Assembly (NCBI RefSeq): GCF_963921235.1
Contig: NC_086097.1
Location: 246,886,001-246,950,000 of the forward strand
Reading direction: 5' to 3'
Length of the DNA stretch: 64,000 nucleotides
DNA from: Mobula hypostoma
Taxonomy: Eukaryota
Positions 13,066 to 26,262 of the stretch are shown here, piece by piece. Position numbers and translations under genes: made by a program. Position 1 is the stretch's first letter, and each line of letters opens with the position of its first letter. The notes under the pieces were generated by a model. That model worked only from the letters and a program-made list of their open reading frames with translations. It was not told the origin of the DNA and did no database searches.

Positions 13066-13459
13066 TAATAGGATCTGGGTTATTACACAACACCCAATCT
13101 AAGATTGCCTTTCACTGAGTAGGCTCAAGCACAAGGCCATCTCAGAGGCATTCAACAAATTCCCTCTTCTACAATCCAACACCAACCTGATTTTCCCAAT
13201 CCTCTTGCATACTGAAGCCCTCCATTACAATTGTGACATTACCCTTATTACATGCCTTTTCCAGCTCCCTTTGCAATCTCAAAAGTTTATTAAATACCTG
13301 TAATGAACAGCTTTTCTTATGCAAAAAGGTTGGACAGGCTAAGCTTGCACCTGCTTATGGTCTCTGAGAAGGTGTATAGAGGACATTTCCTAGTGGGAGA
13401 ATCTAGAACAGGAGATTGCCTATTTAAAATGGGAAGTCACTCATTTCACTGAAGTGAAA

Positions 13460-14200
13460 ATTCAAGTCCAAGTTTAATTATCACTCAACCGTACATGAAT
13501 ATAGCCAAATGAAATAGTGTTCCTCCAGGACCAAGGTGCAAAACATTACCCACAGCACACATCACATGTGGTTATGATAGCAGAAAACATAGAGTCACAA
13601 AAAGTCCCTGAATGGCATAGCCTGTAGAATAATGGTGCATGGGATGTTGTCCTAGTCCATCTTATTCTTCCACTGAGCGAACACTGGGGAGCAGCACCAA
13701 GAGGGGACCAGCCCCCAACCCAGCACTGGCTCCAGCTCTCACAGAGGCCTCCAATCTCTCCAACCACCTTGGATTCTCTTGGGCCACTGCAACAAGTGAT
13801 CCTGCAGCCTGAAAGCCTGATCCTCACCACAACTGAGGCAACGCAGCTCTCCCACTGTCAGTCTCACCAAAGAACCAGTGAACATGATTTGCAGTATTCT
13901 ACGTTACCAATGTCCAACAGGGTTTTGCTATCACAAGGAAAACATCCAAGACAATACTCACACTTTTTTTTGGGGGACTGTGCACTGTCTCAGCACAATA
14001 ATGATACGTGACAACACAACATTGGTACATAGCAAATCCAGCTCCACTGCTATCAAGCAGCTCACAGATGGGGTAGACCAACAGTTTCCTATGTTCTTGC
14101 TAACCAACAATGTCCATCAATCATAAAAAAGACATCAAGGATGAATTCTTGTTGGACCCAGAGTGATCTCTGCATCCGAGCGCACTGCCATCTTACCAGA
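13460..14200 (-). mobile_element. Putative non-autonomous LINE-derived element
   Basis: Rex1/L2-like 3' tail (ttggacttgaa) near 13460 and GGTAAGATGGC start near 14197. No coding motifs. Confidence 0.35.
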
Positions 14201-14429
14201 AATGGGCTTTTGAAAAAAAAAAGAGGTAAAATTTCTACATCAGGGATCATGAATCATTGGAACTCACCTCTTCAACAGGGAATGGATGGTCAGCCACAAT
14301 TTCTTAAATGCTAGGGCAGCCTGGAGAGACCATTTGGCCTGCTCTAATTTACATATTTACAAAAAATTTGAAAAGATACCACACTATAGGCAGGACCAAG
14401 CTACATATCGTTCACACCGCAATAGGATC

Positions 14430-14785
14430 CCTCTTTTTCCAGTCCTTTACTCTTCCACCCGTCATCTCTCAGCTTTTCACTCACCACCCCCTCCTTCCCC
14501 ACCCACCCAATAACCCAGTTTCATCTATCAACAGCTTTTTCTCCTCCACCCCCTCACCCCTTTTTATTCTATTTCCTTCCGTTTTCCTTTTCAGTCCTGA
14601 TGAAGGGTTGCAGCCCAAAAAGTTGACTGTTTATTTCTCTCCATAGGTGCTGCCCGACCCTGGCCCTGTCCTGGTGCAAGAACATGCGAGGCTGACTGGA
14701 TGGACTCAGCCCTCTGGAGACACCAAGTCCACCTGCATTTTGTGCGCTGCTTTGGATTTCCAGCATCAGCACATTTGCTTGTGTT
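14430..14785 (+). mobile_element. Old PLE 3' end with degenerate hammerhead (14592-14629)
   Basis: cagtcCTGATGAagggttgcagcccAAAAagttgactg and tail ggatttccagcatc. Confidence 0.6.
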
Positions 14786-15239
14786 TAAGATCCTCACTTT
14801 GTATCAAATCAACAAGATGCTCTTCATTTTTTGAAGGACAATACAAAGAACATTTAAACCTCTGCTACATTTTACAACTTGCCTAATGCAGACTGGAGTA
14901 GGCAGAAACTTGAAATGAGATGACAAGTTACCCTTGCCTTTTCTGAGGAACAACTATGCGGGAGACAATTAAAAGTGCTAACTGAGAGGAAAGCACAAAT
15001 CCAAAGATAACAATATATAGGGCAACCTGTTTATAATAGTACTTTCATATCTAGGGGAGGATAAGTGATAAAAAAAAACTCTACAACAAGAAAAACAGAA
15101 TATAAAGTGCTTACTGGTGACTTTGTTCTGCAAAGAACAGGCCCTTTGTTCCACCAATCTTCTAACCTACTCCAAAATCAATCTAATGCTTCTCTTCTGC
15201 ATAGCAATCCATTTTTCTTTCATCCATGCCCTTTTTGTT

Positions 15240-15990
15240 AGGTCAAATGTAAAGAGACAGTACACTGTCAAGGACAAGATCTTTAACAGTGCTGATGAGC
15301 AGAGGGATCTTCAGGTCCAAGTACACAGCTCCATGAAAGTGGCTATACAGGTTGACAGGGTGATTAAGGTATATGGCATGTGTGTCTTTATTAGTCAAGG
15401 CACCGATTTTAAAAGTCAGAAAGTTATGTTGCAACTTTATATAAATCTAGTTTGGCCACATCTGAAGCACTGCATACAGTTTTGGTCACCCCATTATATG
15501 GAGAACGCAGAGAGTTTGGAGAGGGTGTAGAAGAGGTTTAACAAGATGCTGCTTGGATTAGAGAACATGTGCTAAAATGAGAGGTTTTGGACAAACTTGG
15601 GTTGCTTTCCCTGGAGAGGCAGAGACTGAGGAGAGATCTGATTGAGGTTTATAAGATTACGAGAGGAATAGATGGACTGTATTTTTCCCAGGGCTGAAAC
15701 GTTTCATACAAGGAATGCACTTAATGTGAGAGGGGGCAAGTTCAAAGGAGATGTGAAGGGCAAGTGTTTTTTTTAAACACAGAGTGGTGGGTGCCTGGAA
15801 AGTACTGCCTAGGATAGTGGTAGATACATTAGGGACTTTTAAGAGACATTTAGATAGACGCATAAATGTGAAGAAAATGGAAGATTACAGACACTGTGTA
15901 GGCAGAAGGGATTAATTTAGTTGGCCATTTGATTACTAGCTTAATTGGTTTGACACATTATGGGGCTGTGCTGTACTGCTCTATATCCTA
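15240..15990 (+). mobile_element. CR1 3' fragment
   Basis: EQRDL, LVWPHLKHCIQFWSP and a CR1 3' UTR. Confidence 0.8.
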
Positions 15991-16147
15991 TCATATACAA
16001 ATGCCACATTTCTCGAAAGTGCTGGAATGACTCAGATCAGGCATTGTTAAAAAGTAACATTTTTTCAGTAACCCAAAATATTAAACCTACTCTGCTCCTT
16101 AATATGAACAGTATTACAAAATAAATCACTAAGGAATAACAATTTAC

Positions 16148-16287
16148 CTGCATCCTTATCCTTAGCTTTGTAGACTTGGCCATATGTTCCTTCCCCAATT
16201 ATTCCAATGATATCAAATTTGTCAACACAACGTTTTCCCCAGTCAATTTCCGTCACTTCTGTCTCACCATGTCGAGGACCACAAATT
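16148..16287 (-). CDS. CDK13: CDK13 coding exon 4 (140 nt; start of kinase domain)
   Basis: Acceptor tttatttatag|A, donor GCAG|GTAAAT. Encodes [59 protein letters not shown] favours CDK13 over CDK12. Confidence 0.95.
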
Positions 16288-16479
16288 CTATAAATAAAAA
16301 GATCACAGTTACAAACTTAAAAATAATCAATTAACAGATGGATGATTAGGAGTAATATGAATATAACAGAAGAGATTCAGAGTCAAAACATTAAAAGCAC
16401 TGCTTGTCAATGCAAACTGTAACTTAAAAATCACTCACCCAATAGCAGCAAGCTCCTTGCCTACCAACCACCACCTCAA

Positions 16480-17570
16480 AACCTGAGAGAATGATACCAA
16501 CTCCCCAGTCAGCAAAACCAAAGAGCTGATTATTGATGAGCAAGAAACTGGAGGTCCATGAGCTTATTAGGACCTGAAGGTGAAAAGAGTCGGTAATTTA
16601 AATTCCCTGGCATTTTCACACCAGAAGATCTGTCCTGGGACCAGCACATTAATAGCCATTTCGAAGGCAGCACAGCGCCTCTATTTTCTTAGAAGTTTGT
16701 GCAAGTTTGACAGGTCACATAAATTTTGACAAACTTCTATAGATATACAGTGGAGATTACCTTGACTGGGCCGGTACGGAAACACCAATGTCCCATTATG
16801 GAAAAACCTACAAAAAGTGATGGATACAGCTCAGTCCACAGTCAAAGCTCCTCCTACCACTGAGCACTGCCACAAGAAAGCAGAATCCATCAAGGACCTC
16901 CACCACTCAGGCCATACTCTCTTCTTGCTGCTGCCATTGAGAAGGAGATAAAGGAGCCTTGGGACCCACACCACTTGGTTCAGGAACAATTATTATCCAA
17001 AAAACACAAGGCTCCTCCTGAACCAGCAAGAATAACCTCAACTTTCCACAATCTGTAGACTCATTTTCACAGATTGTACAACTCATTTTTGATATTTAAT
17101 GATCATTTCTTTTGTATTTGCACAACCAGAGGAAATAGAAAGAAGATAGCAAATTTCTACAGATAGGTTGCATCACCAGTTGCTATGGAGGTTCCAATGT
17201 ACAGGATCAAAAGGGGCTACAGTAGGTTGTATGCTAAGCCAGCTCCATCACAGACACTTTCCTCCCCATTGACGACATTTTCCAAAGATGCATTCATCAT
17301 CAAGGATCCTCACCATTCAGGGTATACCCACTTCTCATTACTACCATCAGAGGTGGCGGCACAGGAGCCTGAAGACCTACACTCAGCTTTGAAAGAACAG
17401 CTTCTTCCCGAGCGTCATCCGACTTCTGACCAGTTCATGAACACTGTCTCAGTATTTGCACAACTTAATACTTTTATTGGAATTTAAGAGCAATTTACGC
17501 ATTGCATTATACTGCTGTCAGAAAACAAAAATCCACGACACATGTCACCGATTATAAACCTGATTCTAGT
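16480..17570 (+). mobile_element. Rex1/Babar (L2-like) LINE 3' fragments, two in tandem
   Basis: Degenerate KAQQRLYFLR coding, HPGHALFSLLPS-like segments twice, tail ataaacctgattct. Confidence 0.55.
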
Positions 17571-18373
17571 GGGACTAAATTTGAAAGTCTCTTTGGGTTT
17601 GCACAGAATGGCTATATTTCAACTTTGATGACATACACAGAGCTGTGGGCAGGAGAAGAAACAGTTATGTTAAAGAAAAATCAGCAGAAACAACTTGGAT
17701 CATGCAGTGCATTGCTAGGAATATGTAAAAAATTCACACGTAGTACAAGCTTTAACAGGTCAAGTTTATGCATCAACACTGATCATATCTGCGTCAGTAT
17801 CAAGAAATTTTGACAACTTTCAAATGAAAATAGGTATGCTGCTAAAAACTATTTTTTTTTCTGTTAGTGCATTGCTGGTCCACTGAGAATGGGTCTGGAG
17901 GAGCTGCTCTCTTCTTTGTGAGACCTCCAGCTACCTGATAACTACATCTGTATGAAATGCATCAAGCTGCAACTCCTCAAGAGACCGTTAAGGAACTGGA
18001 GCTGCAGCACCATGACCTTCGCATCATATGGGAGAGTGAGGAGCTGATAAGATAGGAGCCACAGGGAGGTAGTCATAGGAAGCTGTACCTGGTTGACTGT
18101 CGGGAGAGGAAAAGTGAATAGGCAGCCAGTGCAGAATACCCCTGTGGCCATTCCCCTCAATAATAAGTATACCGCGTCCGCGTTGGATACTACTGGGGGA
18201 ATGCAGCTTCAGAGAGCAGTGCTCTTGCACTGAGTCTGGTTCTGTGGCTTAGAAGGGAAGAGGGGAAAAAAAAAAGGAGTTCAGTAGTGACAGGGGATTC
18301 CATAATTCGAGGAGCAGAAAGCAGTTTGTGGGAATGTGAAAGAGACACCAGGATGGTATGTTGACTCCCAGGT

Positions 18374-19036
18374 GGAGGGGAGGAGAAGATGGTGGCGCAA
18401 CACAGTGCGCACGGCTGCTCCGAAACGATTATCGTATTTGTTAAATAGGTACCGTGCACAATCCTGATTTGATGGAGACGGATATGAGAAGCACGGAGGA
18501 ACATCTGGAGAAACTTCTGAAATGCCCGCTTCGTTGCCGCTGCTACTGTGCGATCGAGAATCTCTGGAGGGGAAGGACCCAAATCCTCAGCTTTGCCTAC
18601 TGCCCGTTGCCGGGATTGAAGCGCTCGGCAGAGATGGTGCTTGGTGACTGAGGGCTGGTTGGAGGCTCGAAGTTTTCGGACGGACTCAAGAGTTGGCTGT
18701 GGTCGGGTGTTTCCAGGGTGTTGCATCGGCAAGTTTGCGGCGTTGGAAGCTCATGGCAGAAAGAGAGTTTCTCTTCCTTCTACCGTCTGCGTGAGATGAT
18801 GGGACTTTTGAGAGACTTTGAGACTTTTTTTTTACTATGCCCATGGTCTGTTCTTCATCTAATTACGGTATTGTCTTGCCCTGTTGTAACTATATTTTAT
18901 AATTATGTGGTTTTTGTCAGTTTTTTTAGTCTTGGTTTGTCTTGTGTTTCTGTGATATCTTTCTGGAGGAACATTGTATCACTTCTTAATACATGCATTA
19001 CTAAATGACAATAAAAGAGGACTGCCTGTCCTCATA
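18374..19036 (+). mobile_element. Non-autonomous non-LTR element lacking a tRNA head
   Basis: CpG-rich ~660 bp inside CR1 ORF1. Starts GGAGGGGAGGAGAAGATGG, ends tgacaataaaagaggactg..cctcata, flanked by AGGT/AGGT. Confidence 0.6.
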
Positions 19037-20990
19037 AGGTACCAGGGATGTCTGGGCTCGTGTCCACAGCATTCTAAAGAGGGAGGGCGAAAAGCCAGAA
19101 GACAGAATATAGGGAGTTAGGCACAAAGCTGAAAAGCAGGACTCTCAGGTAGCAATCTCTGGATTACTGCCTGTGCTACACGCCAGAGAGGTAAGAAAAG
19201 TATGATTTGCCAGATGAATGCATGGCTGAGGAATTGGTGCAGGGAGCAGGGTTTCAGATTTCTGAATCATTTGGATCTCTTCTGGGGAAGATATGACCTG
19301 TACAAAAAGGTTGGTTACACCTGAACTCAATGGGGACCAAAAACCTAGCAGGCAAGTTTGCCAGAGCTGTTGGGGTTGGGAACCAGAGTGATAGGGCTGA
19401 GGATGGGGCAACTGGTATACAACTAGATGTGGTGCATAGTGAGACTGTGAGGAAAGACAGGCAGATAGCAAAATTGCAGTCAGTGTAACGGGGCAAAAAT
19501 CAAAAAAGGGTGATGAATACAGGATTATACTGTTGCAAGGTTATACATGAAAACATGCAGTATGGAGAATAAGGTAGATGATCTTGAAGCGCTGTTAGAG
19601 ATTGGCAGGCATGATGTTGTGGGCATCTCTGGAGTCATGGCTGAAAGAAGATCATAGTCGGGCGCTGAATATCCAAGGATACGCACTATATCAAAAGGAC
19701 AGCCAGGTAGGCAAAGGGTGTGGGGTGGCTCTTTTGGTAAAAATGAAATCAAATTCTTAGAGGTCACAAAGGATCAAAAAATGCAGAATTCTTGTGGTTA
19801 GAGTTAAGAAACTGCAAGGGTAAAAAGACCTTGATGGGAGTTACATAAAGACCTCCAAAGAATAGCCAGGATGTGGGATACAAATTACAACTGGAGAGAA
19901 AAAAAGGCATGTAAAAAGGTAATGTTGCAAAAAATCATGGGGAATTTCAATATGCAGAGATTGGGAAAAATCAAATTTGTGCTAGAGCCCAGAGGGGGAA
20001 TTTGTAGAATGCCTATGAGATGATTTTTTAGAGCAGCTTGTGTTTAAACCCACTAGGAAAACAGCAATTCTGAAGTGGGTGTTATGTAATGACCCAGATT
20101 TGATTAGGGAGCTGAAGGTAAAGGAAACTTTAGGAGAAAGGTGATCATAATGATAAAATTCACTCTTCATTTTGAGAAGAAGCTAAAATTGGATGTATTA
20201 CAGTGGAGCAAAGGAAATTACATAGGCTTAAGGGAAAAGTTGACCAAAGCTGACTGGAAGGGGACATTACCAGGGACGAAGGCAGAATAGCAATGACTGG
20301 TGTTTAAGGTTTAAACTCAGAAGGTTTGGGAAAGATATATTCCAAAAATGAAGAACTATTCTAAAGAGAGGTTGCGGCCATGGCGGACAAGGGAAGTCAA
20401 AGACAGCATAAAATTCAAAGAGAAGGCATATAATATTTCAAAAATTCATGGGAAGGTAGAGGATTGGGAAGCTTTTAAAAACCAACAGAAAACAAAAAAG
20501 GAAAAAAATGAAATATGAAGGTAAGCTGGCCAATAATATAAAGGATACAAGAAGTTTTTTTTCCCAAATATGTAAAGTGTAAAAGAGACTAGAGCAGATA
20601 TTGGACTGATGAAGAATGACATTGGAGAGGTAGTAGCGGGGGACAAAGAAATAGTGGACAAACTTAATACGTATTTTGTGTCAGTCATCACTGTGGAAGA
20701 CACTAGCAGAATACCAGAAATTTGAGAGTGCCAGGGGACAGAAATAAGAGTTGTTGCTACTACTAAGGAGAAGGTGCTTGGGAAGCTGAAAAGTCTGAAG
20801 GCAGATAATCCATCTGGACCAGATGGACTACCCTCAGTGTTCCGAAAGAGGTAGCTGAAGAAATTGTGGAGGGATTAACTATCTTTCATGGATCAGTAGA
20901 TTCTGGAATGGTTTCGAACAACTGAAAAATTGCAAATGTTACTCCATTTTTAAGGAAGCAGGGAAGGCAAAAAAAGGAAATTACAGGCCA

Positions 20991-23286
20991 ACAACAGGAA
21001 TTCTGCAGATGCTGGAAATTCAAGCAACACACATCAAAGTTGCTGGTGAACGCAGCAGGCCAGGCAGCATCTGTAGGAAGAGGTGCAGTCGACGTTTCAG
21101 GCCGAGACCCTTCGTCAGGACTAACTGAAGGAAGAGTGAGTAAGGGATTTGAAAGTTGGAGGGGGAGGGGGAGATCCAAAATGATAGGAGAAGACAGGAG
21201 GGGGAGGGATAGAGCCAAGAGCTGGACAGGTGATAGGCAAAAGGGAATACGAGAGGATCATGGGACAGGAGGTCCGGGAAGAAAGACAGGGGGGGGGGGG
21301 ACCCAGAGGATGGGCAAGAGGTATATTCAGAGGGACAGAGGGAGAAAAAGGAGAGTGAGAGAAAGAATGTGCATAAAAATAAGTAACAGATGGGGTACGA
21401 GGGGGAGGTGGGGCCTTAGCGGAAGTTAGAGAAGTCGATGTTCATGCCATCAGGTTGGAGGCTACCCAGACGGAATATAAGGTGTTGTTCCTCCAACCTG
21501 AGTGTGGCTTCATCTTTACATTAGAGGAGGCCGTGGATAGACATGTCAGACTGGGAATGGGATGTGAAATTAAAATGTGTGGCCACTGGGAGATCCTGCT
21601 TTCTCTGGCGGACAGAGCGTAGATGTTCAGCAAAGCGGTCTCCCAGTCTGCGTCGGGTCTCGCCAATATATAAAAGGCCACATCGGGAGCACCGGACGCA
21701 GTATATCACCCCGGTCGGCTCACAGGTGAAGTGTTGCCTCACCTGGAAGGACTGTTTGGGGCCCTGAATGGTGGTAAGGGAGGAAGTGTAAGGGCATGTG
21801 TAGCACTTGTTCCGCTTACACGGATAAGTGCCAGGAGGGAGAGATGGGGGGGACGAATGGACAAGGGAGTTGTGTAGGGAGCGATCCCTGCGGAATGCAG
21901 AGAGAGCGGGGGGGAGGGAAAGATGTGCTTAGTGGTGGGATCCCATTGGAGGTGGCGGAAGTTACGGAGAATAATATGTTGGACCCGGAGGCTGGTGGGG
22001 TGGTAGGTGAGGACCAGGGGAACCCTATTCCTAGTGGGATGGCAGGAGGATGGAGTGAGAGCAGGTGTACGTGAAATGGGGCAAATGCGTTTCAGAGCAG
22101 AGTTGATAGTGGAGGAAGGGAAGCCCCTTTCTTTAAAAAAGGAAGACATCTCCCTCGTCCTAGAATGAAAAGCCTCATCCTGAGAGCAGATGCGGCAGAG
22201 ACGGAGGAATTGCGAGAAGGGGATGGCGTTTTTGCAAGAGACAGGGTGAGAAGAGGAATAGTCCAGATAGCTGTGAGAGTCAGTAGACTTATAGTAGACA
22301 TCAGTGGATAAGCTGTCTCCAGAGACAGAGACAGAAAGATCTAGAAAGGGGAGGGAGGTGTCAGAAATGGACCAGGTAAACTTGAGGGCAGGGTGAAAGT
22401 TGGAGGCAAAGTTAATAAAGTCAACGAGTTCTGCATGCGTGCAGGAAGCAGCGCCAATGCAATCGTCGATGTAGCGAAGGAAAAGTGGGGGACAGATACC
22501 AGAATAGGCATGGAACATAGATTGTTCCACAAAGCCAACAAAAAGGCAGGCATAGCTAGGACCCATACGGGTGCCCATAGCTACACCTTTAGTTTGGAGG
22601 AAGTGGGAGGAGCCAAAGGAGAAATTATTAAGAGTAAGGACTAATTCCGCTAGACAGAGCAGAGTGGAGGTAGAGGGGAACTGATTAGGTCTGGAATCCA
22701 AAAAGAAGCGTAGAGCTTTGAGACCTTCCTGATGGGGGATGGAAGTATATAAGGACTGGACATTCATGGTGAAAATAAAGCGGTGGGGGCCAGGGAACTT
22801 AAAATCATCGAAAAGTTTAAGAGCGTGAGAAGTGTCACGAACATAGGTTGGAAGGGATTGAACAAGGGGGGATAAAACCGTGTCGAGGTATGCAGAAACG
22901 AGTTCAGTGGGGCAGGAGCAAGCTGAGACAATAGGTCGGCCAGGACAGGCAGGTTTGTGGATCTTGGGTAGGAGGTAGAAACGGGAAGTGCGGGGTGTGG
23001 GAACTATAAGGTTGGTAGCAGTGGATGGGAGATCCCCTGAGCGGATAAAGTCAGTGATGGTGTGGGAGACAATGGCCTGGTGCTCCTTAGTGGGGTCACG
23101 ATCGAGGGGTAAATAAGAGGAGGTATCCGCGAGTTGTCGCTGTGCCTCGGCAAGGTAGAGGTCAGTATGCCAGACTACAACAGCACCCCCCTTATCGGCG
23201 GGTTTAATAATAAGGTTAGGATTAGTGCGGAGGGAGTGGAGAGCAGAGCGTTCCGAAGGAGTGAGGTTGGAATGGGGACAAGGTGG
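20991..23286 (-). mobile_element. Young Penelope-like element (RT + GIY-YIG), 5'-truncated
   Basis: GVAMGTRMGPSYACLF and FLRYIDDC (RT), GVIYCVRC..LLYIGET..RFAEH (GIY-YIG). 8-bp TSD ACAGGCCA (20983-20990 / 23287-23294). Confidence 0.93.
21087..21122 (-). ncRNA. Minimal type I hammerhead ribozyme
   Basis: AGUC-CUGACGA-AGGGUCUCGGCCU-GAAA-CGUC-GACU: intact core, stem I AGUC/GACU, stem II AGG/CCU, palindromic ACGU in place of stem III. Confidence 0.8.
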
Positions 23287-25208
23287 ACAGGCCAGTTAGC
23301 CTGACTTCAATAGCTAGAAATATATTGGAGTTCATTACTAAGGATGGGGTTGCAGGGTACTTGGAGACACATGAGAAAAGTCAACCAAAGTCACCATGGT
23401 TTCCTTAAGTGGAAATCTTGCCTGACAAACCTGTTCGAATTCTTTGAGGAAATAACTGGCAAGGTAGAAAAAGGAGAGTAAGTGGATGTTGTTTATTTGG
23501 ATTTTCAGAAGGACTTTGAAAAGGTGCTACACATAAGGCTGCTTAAAAATGTAAGACCCTATGGTATGACAAGAAAGGTACTAGCATGGAAAGAAGATTG
23601 GCTGACCGACAGGAGGCAAAGATTGGGAATAAAGGGAACCTTCCTGGTTGGCTGCCAGTAACTTTTGCTATGCCACAAGGGTCAGAGATGGAGCTACTTC
23701 TTTTCACGTTATATGTCAATGATTTGAATGAAGGAATTGATGGCCTTGTGGGCATGTTTGTGGACGATACGAAGGTAAGTGGAAGGGCAGATAGCATTAT
23801 GGAAGTGGGGAGTCTGTAGGAGGACTTAGATTGGGGGAATGGGCAAAGAAGTAGCAAATGGAATATAATGTAGTGAAGAGTACAGTCGTGCATGTTGGTC
23901 GAAGAACTACTTCGTAAATGGGAAGAAAATTTTTAAAAATCAGAAGCACAGAGAGTCCAGGGAACCCTCGTGCAGGATTCCCCAAAAGTTTAACTTGCAG
24001 GTTGAGTTGTTGGGAAGGAAAGCAAATGCAATGTTAGTATTTATTGAGAAGACTCAAATACAAAATCAAGGGTGTAACCCTGAGGCTTTAAAAGCCATTT
24101 GTCAGACCACATTTCGAGCACTGTGAGCAACTTTGGGCTCCTTATGTGCAGGCACTGGAGACAGCCCAGAGCAGGTTCACAAGAATGAACACGGGAATGA
24201 AAGGGTTAACATACGAGGAGTGTTTTGTAGCTGTGGGTCTGTACTCTCTGGAGTTTAGAAGAATGAGGGGTGCTCTCATTGCAACCTATCGAATATTGAA
24301 AGGATGAAGAAAATGGATATGGAGAGGAAGTTTCCTATAGTGAGGGAGTCTAGGACCAGAGGGCACAGCTTCAAAACTGAAGAACAACCATTTAGAACAC
24401 CAGGAAAAATTTCTTTAGCCAGGGCGTAGTGGATCTGTGGAATTCATTGCCACAGATGGCTGTGCAAGCAAGTCATTCGGTGTATTTAAGGTGGAAGTTG
24501 ATAGGTTCTTAATTAGTCAGGACATCAAAGGTTACAGGGAGAAGGCAGGAGAATGGGGTTGAGAGGTATAATAAATCAGCCATGAACAAATGAGAACAGA
24601 CTTAATGGCCCAAATAGCCCAATTCTTCCCCTTGGCTTTATGGTCTTATGACTTTTTGAACACACCTGCTGACTGAATCAACTAATCTAGTACACTTATA
24701 AAACTAAAATGGAATTGGATACCCATCTACTTCCGTGGACTCAAATTCCCTAATCTGTCAATTCCTTCATCCAAATCATTGACATAATGTGAAAGGAAGC
24801 GGCCTCACCACCAGCTCCTGCATTGCACAAATCACCAGCAAACCAACCAGAAAAGGCCCACTTTAGTGCGACATTGCCCTTTTGCCTGTGTTCAATACGC
24901 CAGGCAAATTTGGAAATACAAAAGGGACAGAAGGTAAGTAGTAGCAGATAGAATATAATGTTGTGAAGAGCACGGTCATGCACTTTGGTAGAACAGAGGT
25001 GCATGTTCTGAACAGCTCAAAAGTGACTCGAGTTGTTTGAAATCATTTATCATGCCTGAGAACATCATTGAGGTGACCTGCAGTTACTGTCATAACTATG
25101 GTCATATGAATGAAAAATGGAATTGATAACTACATTTACAATCCTCAAAGGTGCCTGGAATGATTCATGTAGAAATACAGATCTTCAAAATAAAACATTA
25201 TCACTCAC

Positions 25209-25382
25209 TTGGGCCGTTTTTTAATCTGTGACTGAAGAGTTGACTTCTTCTCTTCAGGAGTTTTTGGTGAAGCTGAATCAGATCCTGGAAGTTCAGGTGG
25301 CAATGGAAGGTCTGTAAGTAAGTGTCGAGACTTTCGTTCAGGCTCCTTTTTCACTGGCTTTATTGAGACCCCTTCTTTTGGG
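25209..25382 (-). CDS. CDK13: CDK13 coding exon 3 (174 nt)
   Basis: Acceptor cttttctaattacag|C, donor CCCAA|GTGAGT. Hand translation [59 protein letters not shown]. Absent from the ORF track. Confidence 0.93.
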
Positions 25383-25494
25383 CTGTAATTAGAAAAGATA
25401 AAATTTCATTAAATAAATCCATTTGATTGCTAAATGGCAATCAAACATGTAATTTCCTCCTCTCAATGCATATTTTTTATTTAAATTAACACAC

Positions 25495-26262
25495 AAAGGC
25501 ACAGACAGTCCTTTCAGGTGAGGTGACACTTCACCTGTGAGTCGGCTGGGCTGATATACTGTGTCCGTTGCTTCTGATGTGGCCTTTTATGTACTGGCGA
25601 AACTCGACGCAGACTGGGAGACTGTTTCGCTGAACACTTACGCTCTGTCTGCCAGAGAAAGCAGGATCTCTCAGTGACCACACATTTTAATTCCACGTCC
25701 CATTCCCATTCTGATATGTCTATCAATGGCCCCCTCTACTGTCAAGTTGAAGCCACACTCAGGTTGGAGGAACAACATCTTATATTCCGTTTGGGTAGCC
25801 TCCAACCTGATGGTATGAACATTGACTTCTCTAACTTCCGTTAATAGCCCATCTGTTATTTATTTATTATTAATTTTTTTCCTCTCTCTCTCTCCTTTTT
25901 CTCCCTCTGTCCCTCTCACTATACTAATTGCCCACCCTCTGGGCTTCCCCCCTCCCCCTTTCTTTCTCCCTAGGCCTCCCGTCCCATGATTCTCTCCGTT
26001 CTCCAGCCTCATATCCCTTTTGCCAATTGATTTTCCAGCTCTTAGCTCCATCCTTCCCCCTCCTGTCTACTCCTATCATTTCGGATCTCCCACTCCCCCT
26101 CTCGAATCTCTGTCTCTTATCTCAGTTAGTCCTGATGAAGGGTCTCGGCCTGAAGCGTCGACTGTACCTCTTCCTATAGATGCTGCCTGGCCTGCTGCGT
26201 TCACCAGCATTTTTTATGTGTGCTGCTTGAAATTCCAGCATCTGCAGATTTTCTCGTGTTTG
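25495..26262 (+). mobile_element. PLE 3' fragment (GIY-YIG + 3' UTR), hammerhead 26128-26163 with GAAA>GAAG
   Basis: Reverse-complement homology to 20991-21760. Confidence 0.88.

Larger units (their letters stand above)
6547..13280 (-). mobile_element. Degenerate CR1 LINE interrupted by the LTR element (7426-11458) and a SINE (12749-13065)
   Basis: GPDGLHPRVL, NYRPVSLTS, SCLTNLLE and DVIYLDFQKAF in ORFs 11562-12102. KFADD is split by the LTR element. 3' UTR near 6550. Confidence 0.85.
17900..24650 (+). mobile_element. Near full-length degenerate CR1 LINE with two nested insertions
   Basis: ORF1 SGNH-esterase motif GDSIIRG (~18290), APE remnants, RT motifs (GNYRPVSLTS split by a PLE, MPQGS, MFVDD), tail tatggtcttatg near 24650. 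Confidence 0.85.

Noticed and set aside
5414..16147. CDK13 exon 5 (VALKKVRLDNEKEGFPITA)
   Set aside because: Not found by eye or in the ORF track. Presumed outside the window.
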